A model generated the notes under the pieces. It did not search any database. It was not told the origin of the DNA and saw nothing but the letters and a program-made list of their open reading frames with translations. From assembly GCA_038213805.1 (NCBI GenBank), contig JBBQSO010000042.1:1-45092 (forward strand): a stretch of DNA of 45,092 nt, in the 5' to 3' direction. Positions 26,954 through 35,465 of this stretch are shown here, piece by piece (the stretch's first letter is position 1; the number at the start of each line of letters is the position of its first letter). The stretch is from Planctomycetota bacterium (GTDB lineage: Bacteria; Planctomycetota; UBA11346). Made by a program: the position numbers and the translations under genes.

Positions 26954-29683
26954 ATGAACACGATCACGTCCGTCCCTCTGCCACGCGCCTACCGCTGGTC
27001 CGCCTGCTGCCTGCTGGCGCTCGTCGCCGGGGGCGCGAGCGCGGCCGATCTGCGCCTGGGCGATGACGGCCCGTCGGTGGTGGTGAAGGGCCTGGGCACC
27101 TTCGGCATCAGCTGGCCGAAGCTGATGCCCGGCGACAAGTCGCCGATCGAGAAACACGTCAATGGTCGCAGCGCCGAACTGAAGTACGACGACGGCGCCG
27201 AGGCCACCGTCTCGCTCGGCGACGGCGACGCGGTCGAGATGCGCTTCCGCAAGGTGCCGCCGGAGATCGTCACCTTCCACCTCACCACCGGGGTCGGTGC
27301 GGACATCGGCGACGGCGGCACCTGGAAGGTCGGCCACGGCGAGGCCAAGCCCTTCCCCAAGCTGAAACCGCCGAAGCCCTTCCTCTACCAGGGCAATGAC
27401 GACTCCTTCACCTTCACCGATGTGGTCGGACACACCGTCACGCTGGGCGTGCCCGAGCACTCGTACCAGCAGCTGCAGGACAACCGCGAGTGGGGCAACC
27501 CGACCTTCCAGTGGCAGGTGTGGGTGCCCTACAACCGCGGTTGGGAGGTGCACAAGCTGGTGATCGGCGTGACCGAGCCGGCGCAGGCCACCGTCCTGAT
27601 CGACCAGTTCGGCCAGAGCATCCGCAAGAGTTTCCCGGGCAAGGTCAAGGACGAGGCCGAGCTGAAGGCCGACGTGCAGAGCGAGGGCGCGTACTACGCG
27701 GGCCTCAAGCCGGTGGCGACCGACACCTGGGGCGGTCTCGCCGGCAGCGCGGTCAAGCTCGGCACCAAGGCCAGCGGCTTCTTCCGCGTGCAGAAGGTCG
27801 GCGGGCGCTGGGCCATGCTCGATCCCGACGGCAACGCCTTCTTCCACCTCGGCATCTGCTCGTTCGGTTTCATCGAGGACTTCACCTACACGCGCGAACG
27901 CGAAAGCATCTATGCCTGGCTGCCGCCGGTCTCGGGCGACGCGTTCTCGCCGTGCTGGCACCCGGACGGCTTCTGGCACGACAAGGCGTTCTCGTTCCTG
28001 CGCGCCAACCTGCTGCGCAAGTACGGCGCGTCCTACGACCTCGACAGCCACATGGGCGTGATGGTCGACCGCGTGCGGCAGATGGGCTTCAACTCGATCG
28101 GCGCGTTCTCGGGCGACAAGGCCTTCGCCGCGAAGCGCATCCCGCGCGTCGAGATGATCTGGGTCGGGCCCGAGCTGCCCGGCATCCGCGGCATCGCCGA
28201 CCCCTTCGACGCCGCCACCCTGAAGGGCATGGACGCGGAGTGGGCGAAGAGCGTGGCCGCGCACGCCGACGACCCGCTGATCATCGGCTACTTCTTCGCC
28301 AATGAACAGGCCTTCGAGGACATCCCGCGCGGTGTCGCGCAGCTGCCCGGCACGCACGCGGCCAAGCGCCGCCTGGTGAAGCTGCTCCAGGACAAGTACA
28401 AGGACATCGCCGCGTTCAACACCGCGTGGAACCTCAAGGCAGCGAGCTTCGACGCGCTCGCCGACCAGGGCCTGGCGATCACCACGCCGCAGGCGAACGC
28501 CGACCTGGGCGCCTACGACGAACTGTTCCTCGAGACCTACTACCAGGCGGTGGCCACCACCTTCCGCAAGTATGACCACAACCACCTGATGATCGGCCAC
28601 CGCTGGCAGCCCGGCACCGCCAACAGCGAGGCGCTGTGCCGCATCGCCGGCAAGTACATGGACGTGATCAGCATCAACTACTACACGCGCACCGCCGACC
28701 TCGCCTTCATGGACCGCCTGCACAAATGGACCGGCGACAAGCCGCAGATGTGGAGCGAGTTCTATTACACCGGCGCCGACGAGAGCAACGTCGCGCCGGC
28801 AGCGCTCGACCTGCGCACCCAGCGCAAGCGTGGCGAAGCCTACCGCGCCTTCGTCGAGGCGGGCGCCGCCACCGGCTACGTGGTCGGCACCGAGTGGTTC
28901 ACGCTCATCGACCAGTCGGTGACCGGGCGCTTCTTCCAGTACCTGAACGGCGAGCGCGCCAACACCGGCATCTTCAACGTCGCCGACCGGCCCTACCGCG
29001 ACCTGGTCGACGAGATGGCGACCGCGCACCGCGAGATCTACGACGTGTGGTTCGACAAGAAGAAGCCGTTCGTCGGCACGGGCGCGAGCGACAGCCGGCT
29101 CCTCCAGGCGGGCCACGCGCTTGGGCCGATCACCCTTGACGGTTCCATCACCAACTGGCCGGGCCGCCCGCCAGAGCGCATCGGCGCCGAGCGCATCGCC
29201 GCGGGTGGCGACGGCCAGGGGCTGGAGGCCGCGGTGAAGGTGTGCTGGGACGAGCGCAATCTCTACGTGCAGACCGTGGTCACCGATCCGACGCCGCTCG
29301 CCGGCCAGGATGCGGCCAAAGGCGACGGCATCGAACTGTTCATCGGCAGCGAGCATACCGACCAGGTCGGTGCCCTGCTGCCCAGCGATCGCCGCGTCCA
29401 GCTCGGCGCCGCGCCGGGCAAGACCTGGAACCTGGTGAATGGCAAGGCCGACGCGGGAATCCACCTGATCGCCCAGCCCGCGGTCGACGGTAAGGGCTAC
29501 ACCCTGCAGGCCGCGATCCCGTGGACCGCGCTCGGCACCACTGCCAAGGCCGGCCAGGAACTGCGCTGCGATGTCGTGATCGTCGATGCCGCGCACGGCA
29601 AGGCGCGGCAGCTGGTGTGGAATGGGAATGAGCACGACGCGACGGACCGCGGTGGGTGGGGAAGGCTGCAGCTGGTGCCGTAG
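26954..29683 (+). CDS. GH50-like (beta-agarase family) glycoside hydrolase with C-terminal CBM9/DOMON-like domain, ~909 aa
   Basis: GFFRVQKVGGRWAMLDPDG, MGFNSIG, DPLIIGYFFANE, DHNHLMIGHR, KYMDVISINYY, KPQMWSEF, VGTEWFTLIDQSVTGR, NVADRPY. C-terminal ITLDG...WDERNLYV...GDGIELFI...GYTLQAAIPW. Signal peptide present. Confidence 0.8.
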   Translation: MNTITSVPLPRAYRWSACCLLALVAGGASAADLRLGDDGPSVVVKGLGTFGISWPKLMPGDKSPIEKHVNGRSAELKYDDGAEATVSLGDGDAVEMRFRKVPPEIVTFHLTTGVGADIGDGGTWKVGHGEAKPFPKLKPPKPFLYQGNDDSFTFTDVVGHTVTLGVPEHSYQQLQDNREWGNPTFQWQVWVPYNRGWEVHKLVIGVTEPAQATVLIDQFGQSIRKSFPGKVKDEAELKADVQSEGAYYAGLKPVATDTWGGLAGSAVKLGTKASGFFRVQKVGGRWAMLDPDGNAFFHLGICSFGFIEDFTYTRERESIYAWLPPVSGDAFSPCWHPDGFWHDKAFSFLRANLLRKYGASYDLDSHMGVMVDRVRQMGFNSIGAFSGDKAFAAKRIPRVEMIWVGPELPGIRGIADPFDAATLKGMDAEWAKSVAAHADDPLIIGYFFANEQAFEDIPRGVAQLPGTHAAKRRLVKLLQDKYKDIAAFNTAWNLKAASFDALADQGLAITTPQANADLGAYDELFLETYYQAVATTFRKYDHNHLMIGHRWQPGTANSEALCRIAGKYMDVISINYYTRTADLAFMDRLHKWTGDKPQMWSEFYYTGADESNVAPAALDLRTQRKRGEAYRAFVEAGAATGYVVGTEWFTLIDQSVTGRFFQYLNGERANTGIFNVADRPYRDLVDEMATAHREIYDVWFDKKKPFVGTGASDSRLLQAGHALGPITLDGSITNWPGRPPERIGAERIAAGGDGQGLEAAVKVCWDERNLYVQTVVTDPTPLAGQDAAKGDGIELFIGSEHTDQVGALLPSDRRVQLGAAPGKTWNLVNGKADAGIHLIAQPAVDGKGYTLQAAIPWTALGTTAKAGQELRCDVVIVDAAHGKARQLVWNGNEHDATDRGGWGRLQLVP

Positions 29684-29692
29684 GGCGGCGCA

Positions 29693-29781
29693 GCCGGAAG
29701 AGTCAGTCGTCTGTTCAGAGCGCCAACGGCACGGCGCCCATTTCCAGCCCAGGGCAACGCCTTGCTCGTTACCCACAACCG
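29693..29781 (+). repeat. Degenerate truncated copy of the REP/MITE unit
   Basis: gccggaag...gtcgtctg...gagcgccaacggc...cagcccagggcaacgcc followed by a decayed terminal repeat (gctcgttacccacaac). Confidence 0.6.
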
Positions 29782-29807
29782 CAGTGCGGTCCCAGGGCTC
29801 ACGCCCT

Positions 29808-30202
29808 ACCCATTACCCACAAGTCAGGGTCGTCCGGTAACCATATGCCGGAAGGCCGTCTGATTTGAGCGCCAACGGCGCGACCAGAGGGGCAGCCCAG
29901 GGCAACGCCCTGGGATTACTGGAAAAAAGGAGAATGAGCCCTGAAGGGGCGGCCACTGGCATCCTGTCAGTCTGCTGCTGTGACCGCGCGCATTTCATGC
30001 GCCGAGAATGCGCTCGTGCGCGAGCCTACTTTGCTGATTCCGCTCGATAGGAACCGCCCCTTCAGGGCTCAGAATCTTTTTTTGCACTACCCAGGGCTTC
30101 GCCCTGGGCTGCACGTCTGGCCGCGCCGTTGGCGCTCTTAACAAATAGTCACTATGTCCCCCGTGAGCTGCCGCACGTCCTTCTGACTTGTGGGCAATGG
30201 GT
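29808..30202. mobile_element. 395 bp MITE-like element inserted in a REP-like hairpin, with an internal REP doublet
   Basis: Terminal inverted repeats 29808-29827 and 30183-30202 (19/20 identical). Flanking direct repeat AGGGCTCACGCCCT at 29794-29807 and 30203-30216. Internal inverted arms 29867-29952 and 30054-30137. No transposase ORF. Confidence 0.75.
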
Positions 30203-30450
30203 AGGGCTCACGCCCTGAGCTAATTTCTTTCGCCCGCTCCACGACCTCGTCGCCGCTGCGCCGGACCCGTCCTGTTGGACCCGGACGCCCCGCCGACGCC
30301 CACCTCGACGCCATCCGGTACAATCTTCGCCTTGGACTGGTACGATCCTTCCGCGCATCCGCGGGTGCCTGCCGCGCCGCGCGGCGGCGCGCGGGTATTC
30401 CGTCAGCATCCCGCGGCGGAGACGGTACTTCCGTATTCCGAGGTGACCCC

Positions 30451-33400
30451 ATGTCCGTGACCATCACGTCCCGCTGGCCGCTGGCTGCCGTGTTCTTCGC
30501 CCTGGCGGCGTGCCTGTTCGGCGCCGAGCCGCTCGAGGTGCGCGCCGGCGACCGCGTCCTGCTGATCGGCGACACGCTGTTCGAGCGCGAAGGCGTGGCA
30601 GCGGCGCTCGAGACGCGGCTCTACCAGCGCTGGGCGCCGCGCGGCTTCACGGTGCGCAACCTCGCGGTCAGCGGCGACCGCCCGGACGGCATCGCGCGCG
30701 CCAGCTTCGATCCGCTCGGCGCGGGCATGACCCGGCTGACCGAGCAGCTCGCCCTGGTCAAGCCGACCGTGGCGATCCTCGGCTACGGCATGGCGGCCAG
30801 CCTCGATCAGCTCGCCTGGCAGAGCGGCGACCCGGCCCTCAACCCCGATCCCGCGCGTTACGGCGAGGGCTATCCTGCTGGCCGCTTCAAGGACGACCTC
30901 GGCAAACTGATGGACGCCATCACCGCCAGCAACGGTGGTACGCCGGTGCGCTTCGTGCTGGTCGCGCCGATCGCGCCCGAGGACCTGCGCGCCGGTCGCC
31001 CGGCGATGACGGATCCGGCCGCACACCGCGCACTGCTCGCTGAATACGTGACCGTCCTGCGCGACCTCGCCCAGGCGCGCGGCGCGCGCTTCGTCGACGC
31101 CGCGGCGCTGCTGCCCGGCGGCGGCCTGACCGACAACGGCATCCACCCGACTCCGGCCGGCCTCGAGCGCTGGGCCGACGCAGTGGCAGGCGCGCTGGGT
31201 TGGAACGGCGCCGGCGAGCACCCGTGGACGCCCGCGGCGCTGGCCGCGCTGCGCGCCACCCTGCGAGCCAAGAACGACCTGTTCTTCCACCGCTGGCGCC
31301 CGGCGAACCAGACCTACCTGTTCGGTTTCCGCAAACACGAGCAGGGCCGCAATGGCGCCGAGATCGCGGTCTTCGACCGCATGATCGCCGAGACCGAGAC
31401 CGCCATCGCCGCGCAGGTCGCCGGCCAGCCCGCGCCCGCGCTGCCCATCAAGGCGGCGATCGGCCCCGCGCAGGAGGCGGTGCCCGCGCCCGCCTTCCAG
31501 ACCGCGCCCGGCGTCGAGGTCGCGCTGTGGGCGCAGAATCCGCTGCTCTCCAAGCCGGTGCACCTGGCTTGGGATGCGCACGGCCGCCTGTGGGTGTCGT
31601 CGACGCCCCTCTATCCGATGATCGAGCCGGGCGCGGTGGCCAGCGACCGCGTCTACGTGCTCGAGGACACCGACCACGACGGCAAGGCCGATAAGGCCAC
31701 GGTCTTCAGCGACCAGCTGCTCATCCCCAGCGGCCTGGCGCCGGTGGAGCGCGCCGACGGCAAGGCGGAAGCCTATGTCGGCGCCTCGACCGAGCTGCTG
31801 CTGCTGACCGACACCGACGGCGACGGCAAGGCCGACCAGCGCCGCGTGGTGCTGAGCGGCTTCGGCACCGAGGACACCCACCACACCCTGCACACGCTGT
31901 ACTGGGGCGTCGACGGCCGCCTCTATTTCGACCAGAGCGTCTACATCCACAGCCACCTCGAAACGCCATGGGGCGTAGTGCGCCTGAACAGCGGCGGCGT
32001 CTTCGCCTACGATCCGCGCAGCGAGCGCGTCACGGTGTTCATCAAGGGCCTGTGGAATCCGTGGGGCCACAAGATGGACGCCGAGGGCCAGAGCTTCTTC
32101 ACCGACGGCGCCGGCAGCAGCGGCATCAGCTGGGGCTTCCCGGGCGCGGTGTTCGGGCCCAGCGAGGGCTCGCGCGCGACCATGCCCGGCATTAGTCCCG
32201 GCAGCTATCCCAAGTTCTGCGGCCTGGAGCTGATCGCCAGCCCGGCCTTCCCCGCCGACTGGCAGGGCCAAGCCATCACCTGCGATTTCCGCGCCCACCG
32301 CGTGGTGCGCATGGCGATCACGCCGCTCGCCGGCAAGGCCGGTTACGTCACCGCCGACCAGGCCGACCCGATCCGCTCGCCGGATGCGTTCTTCCGCCCG
32401 ATCGACGCCAAGCTCGGCCCCGACGGCGCGCTCTACCTCGCCGACTGGACCAATAGCGTCATCAACCACGGCGAGGTCGATTTCCGCGATCCGCGCCGCG
32501 ACAAGGATCACGGCCGCATCTGGCGCGTGACCAGCACCGGACTGGCGCCGCTGGTGTGGAAGCCGGTCGCCGGGCGCAGCGTCGCCGAGCTGTGCGACGC
32601 CCTGCTGTCGGCCAACGCCTGGGAGCGCGACAGCGCGCGCCGCGTCCTCGCCGCTGCGTTCGATGACGCCGCCGACGCCGCGCTGACGGCGTGGAGCGCC
32701 AAGCAGGGCACGCCGGCCGCCGCGCGCGCCGCCGCGTTCGTGCGCCGCTCGGCCGGCCGCGACGCCGCCGCGCTCGCCGGACTCGATGCCGCTGCCGCCG
32801 ACCAGCGCGCGATCGCCGCCCGCTGGCTGGGCGACCTGCCGCAGGCGCCCGAGCGCCTCGCGCGCCTCGCCAAGCTCGCCACCGACGAGGTCCCGCGCGT
32901 GCGCCTCGAGGCGATGCGCGCCCTGGCGCGCATCCCCACCATCGCCGCCTTCGACGCGGCCCTGGCCGCCATCGCCACGGTGCCGGGCGACGACGTGCAC
33001 GCGAACTTCGCCGCGCTGGTCACCCTCGACACCTTCGGCAAGCGCTGGGTCGACGCGCTGGTCGCGGGCAGCTGGGATCCCGCCGGCCGCGAGGCGGCCA
33101 CGGTGCGCGCGCTGCAGATCCTGCCGGCGAACGTCGCGGCGCCCGCGGCCGCCAAGTTGCTCGCCACCCAGCCGCACCTTGAGCAGGAGCCGTGGCCAGA
33201 GCTCGCCGCGCACGCCGGCGACCAGGCCGCGATTGCGCGCCTGTTCGCGGTCGCCGCCGCCAGTAAGGACGCCGGCGCCCAGGCGCGCCTGCTCGCCGCC
33301 TGCGGCGAAGCCGCCGGCCGCGGAGTGCCCGCACCCGCCGACGTCGGCGCGCTCACCGGCCTGCTCGCCAGCCCGGACGTCGCGGTGCGCAAGGGCGCGC

Positions 33401-34719
33401 TGCGCCTGGTCGGCGCGTGGCGCCGGCTGGAACTGATCGCGCCGCTGCGCGACGCGGTGCTCGACGCCGCGGTCGCCAACGAGGCGGTCGCCGCGCTGCA
33501 GGCGATCGGTGGCGCCGACGCGGTGCGCGCACTGGAAGGCCTGATCGATGCGGCCAAGGACGGCGACGCGCGACGCAGCGCACTCGCGGCCCTGGCCAAG
33601 GTCGACGGCGGCGCGGCGCTTGCGCACGCCTGGCCGCTGCTCGCCAAGGCCGCCAGCCCGGACGAGGCGCTCGGCATCTGGCGCGCGCTGTGGCCCGGCA
33701 ACGGCGTCATCGACCGCGTGCTGAAGGCGGGCCTGCCCGGCGATCTCACCCCGACCGCGCTGGCGGCGGGCCTGGCCAGCGCGCGCGAACTGGGCAATCG
33801 CGGCAACGCGCTCGCCGAGCGCTTCGCCGCGGCGCAGCCCAAGCCGGCCGACACGGCGGCCGCGCCCGCCAGCCTCGCCGAGTGGGTCGAGCGCACCAAG
33901 AGCGGCGACGCGGGCCGCGGCGAACGCCTCTACTTCGCCGCCGGCACGGCCTGCATCCAGTGCCACGCCATCGGCGGCGCCGGCGGCAAGCTCGGGCCGG
34001 ATCTGACCACCATCGGCACCAGCGCACCGCTCGACTACATCATCGAGAGCGTGCTGCAGCCCGCGGCCAAGATAAAAGAAGGCTACCACGCCGTCACCTT
34101 CAAGCTCAAGGATGGCAGCTTCGTGGTCGGCATCCCGTTCGCCGAGAGCGAGCGCGCCTGGTCGGTGCGCACGCCCGCCGGCGAGCAGTCCGTGGCCAAG
34201 GCGGACGTGGTCTCCAAGGAGGTCGGCGGCAGCCTGATGCCGCCCGGCCTGACCCAGGCGCTGAGCGCCGGCGACCAGGCCGACCTCTACGCCTTCCTCG
34301 GCGCGCTCGGCAAGCCGGGCGCGTGGGACGCCAGCGACGGCCGCACCGCGCGCCAGTTCCGCGTCAGCGGCGACCAGGCCGAGGCCGCGCCCGGCAAGCT
34401 GCCGGCGACCGCCCCGCTGCTCTTCAGCCTAGTCGACGGCCGCGTGCTGCCCGCGCAGTGGCGCACCGCGCTCGGCGCCCTGCCGCCCGGCGAGAAGGCC
34501 TTCGCGGTCGCGCGCTTCCAGCTCGCCGCCCCGGCCCGCGTGACCATCACCTTCGACGGCGGCTGGCGCCCGTGGATCGACGGCATCCCGATGGAGGAGA
34601 ACTCGCACGAGGTCGCCCTGCCGGCCGGCGAGCACAGCATCACCGTGGGGGTGACGCGGAAGGGGCTGCCCAAGGAGCTGCGCGTGAAGGTCAGCGAAGG
34701 ACGGTTCATCGCGCCGTAG
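30451..34719 (+). CDS. PVC-type heme-binding protein: SGNH-like domain + dehydrogenase-like propeller + HEAT repeats + cytochrome c, 1422 aa
   Basis: Signal peptide. DRVLLIGDTL...VRNLAVSGD...TDNGIHP. KPVHLAWDAHGRLWV, LSGFGTEDTHH, FRPIDAKLGPDGALYLADW, NHGEVDFRDPRRD. RVRLEAMRAL. CIQCHAIGGAGGKLGPDLT...SLMPPGL. Confidence 0.9.
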   Translation: MSVTITSRWPLAAVFFALAACLFGAEPLEVRAGDRVLLIGDTLFEREGVAAALETRLYQRWAPRGFTVRNLAVSGDRPDGIARASFDPLGAGMTRLTEQLALVKPTVAILGYGMAASLDQLAWQSGDPALNPDPARYGEGYPAGRFKDDLGKLMDAITASNGGTPVRFVLVAPIAPEDLRAGRPAMTDPAAHRALLAEYVTVLRDLAQARGARFVDAAALLPGGGLTDNGIHPTPAGLERWADAVAGALGWNGAGEHPWTPAALAALRATLRAKNDLFFHRWRPANQTYLFGFRKHEQGRNGAEIAVFDRMIAETETAIAAQVAGQPAPALPIKAAIGPAQEAVPAPAFQTAPGVEVALWAQNPLLSKPVHLAWDAHGRLWVSSTPLYPMIEPGAVASDRVYVLEDTDHDGKADKATVFSDQLLIPSGLAPVERADGKAEAYVGASTELLLLTDTDGDGKADQRRVVLSGFGTEDTHHTLHTLYWGVDGRLYFDQSVYIHSHLETPWGVVRLNSGGVFAYDPRSERVTVFIKGLWNPWGHKMDAEGQSFFTDGAGSSGISWGFPGAVFGPSEGSRATMPGISPGSYPKFCGLELIASPAFPADWQGQAITCDFRAHRVVRMAITPLAGKAGYVTADQADPIRSPDAFFRPIDAKLGPDGALYLADWTNSVINHGEVDFRDPRRDKDHGRIWRVTSTGLAPLVWKPVAGRSVAELCDALLSANAWERDSARRVLAAAFDDAADAALTAWSAKQGTPAAARAAAFVRRSAGRDAAALAGLDAAAADQRAIAARWLGDLPQAPERLARLAKLATDEVPRVRLEAMRALARIPTIAAFDAALAAIATVPGDDVHANFAALVTLDTFGKRWVDALVAGSWDPAGREAATVRALQILPANVAAPAAAKLLATQPHLEQEPWPELAAHAGDQAAIARLFAVAAASKDAGAQARLLAACGEAAGRGVPAPADVGALTGLLASPDVAVRKGALRLVGAWRRLELIAPLRDAVLDAAVANEAVAALQAIGGADAVRALEGLIDAAKDGDARRSALAALAKVDGGAALAHAWPLLAKAASPDEALGIWRALWPGNGVIDRVLKAGLPGDLTPTALAAGLASARELGNRGNALAERFAAAQPKPADTAAAPASLAEWVERTKSGDAGRGERLYFAAGTACIQCHAIGGAGGKLGPDLTTIGTSAPLDYIIESVLQPAAKIKEGYHAVTFKLKDGSFVVGIPFAESERAWSVRTPAGEQSVAKADVVSKEVGGSLMPPGLTQALSAGDQADLYAFLGALGKPGAWDASDGRTARQFRVSGDQAEAAPGKLPATAPLLFSLVDGRVLPAQWRTALGALPPGEKAFAVARFQLAAPARVTITFDGGWRPWIDGIPMEENSHEVALPAGEHSITVGVTRKGLPKELRVKVSEGRFIAP

Positions 34720-34854
34720 GCGCGATGGGATTTCCGCCAGGAGACATGGGTCCCAATCCGGCTGAACCGCGGAAGATGCGCACATCATCCGCGCTAGCGT
34801 GTCGTTTTGGGATTCCGCTCGTGGGCATCAAGATCGCCCGTTACTGCTCATGAC

Positions 34855-35353
34855 GAGCCCGCGGAGGCGGGCGGAAGAAATTTGCCCAGGGCGTGAGTCC
34901 TGCTCACTACCCACAAGTCGCAGCGCTCGGGCACTGACCGTCTTGTCAGCCCAGTCCTGTCCGCAGCCCGCGGAGCGGGCGACACATCGTAGCCCAGGGC
35001 GTGAGCCCTGGGAACCTCGGTTAGAGAGGAGGATCGGAGCCCGCGGAGCGGGCGGCACAGGTCCTGCCATATCGAAATGCGGTGAATGCAGGTCATTGCC
35101 GGAGTTTTCGAGACGTGATGATCCACGGACATCCCCAGATCGGACCCCAATGGTCGTGCATTACCGATGAGCCTGCTGTGTCGCCCACTCCGTGGGCTGA
35201 CCCGCAGACACTCTGCGCGACCCAGGGCTGGGGCCCTGGGCTACGATGTGTCGCCCGCTCCGCGGGCTCTGAGTGGCTGCGATTCGACTGACTTGTGGGT
35301 AATGGGTAGGGCTCACGCTCTGGGCCAATTTCTTCCGCCTGCTCCGCAGGCTC
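34855..35353. mobile_element. Second nested REP/MITE structure (406 bp between terminal repeats) with a different internal REP doublet
   Basis: Terminal repeats 34902-34919 (decayed) and 35290-35307 (perfect). Outer inverted REP arms 34855-34901 and 35308-35353. Inner arms 34965-35060 and 35176-35268. Confidence 0.7.
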
Positions 35354-35465
35354 ATGTTCAGACCTCCGGCGCTGTTGCCGAGATTCCAAACCCAATCATG
35401 CGCTCCACCCCGATACCAAATCCAATCCGTCGCGTCTCCTGCGATGAACGACAGGGATGGCCACC

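Noticed and set aside
29806..29809. TA dinucleotide at both element ends suggesting an IS630/Tc1-type TA duplication
   Set aside because: The 14 bp direct repeat explains the flanks better and restores an intact hairpin. The decayed copies have TG at this junction. Not fully excluded.
29693..30240. Repeat clusters as CRISPR arrays or as small protein genes (also 34799-35649 and 44831-45085 ORFs)
   Set aside because: Repeats are inverted and nested rather than tandem with regular spacers. The short ORFs are translations of the repeats (e.g. AQGVSP, QGNALG) with atypical codon usage.
30319..30346. TACAAT and TACGAT -10-like hexamers upstream of 30451 (and TACAAT upstream of the sugar porter)
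   Set aside because: No convincing -35 element at 16-18 nt spacing, so not supportable without TSS data.
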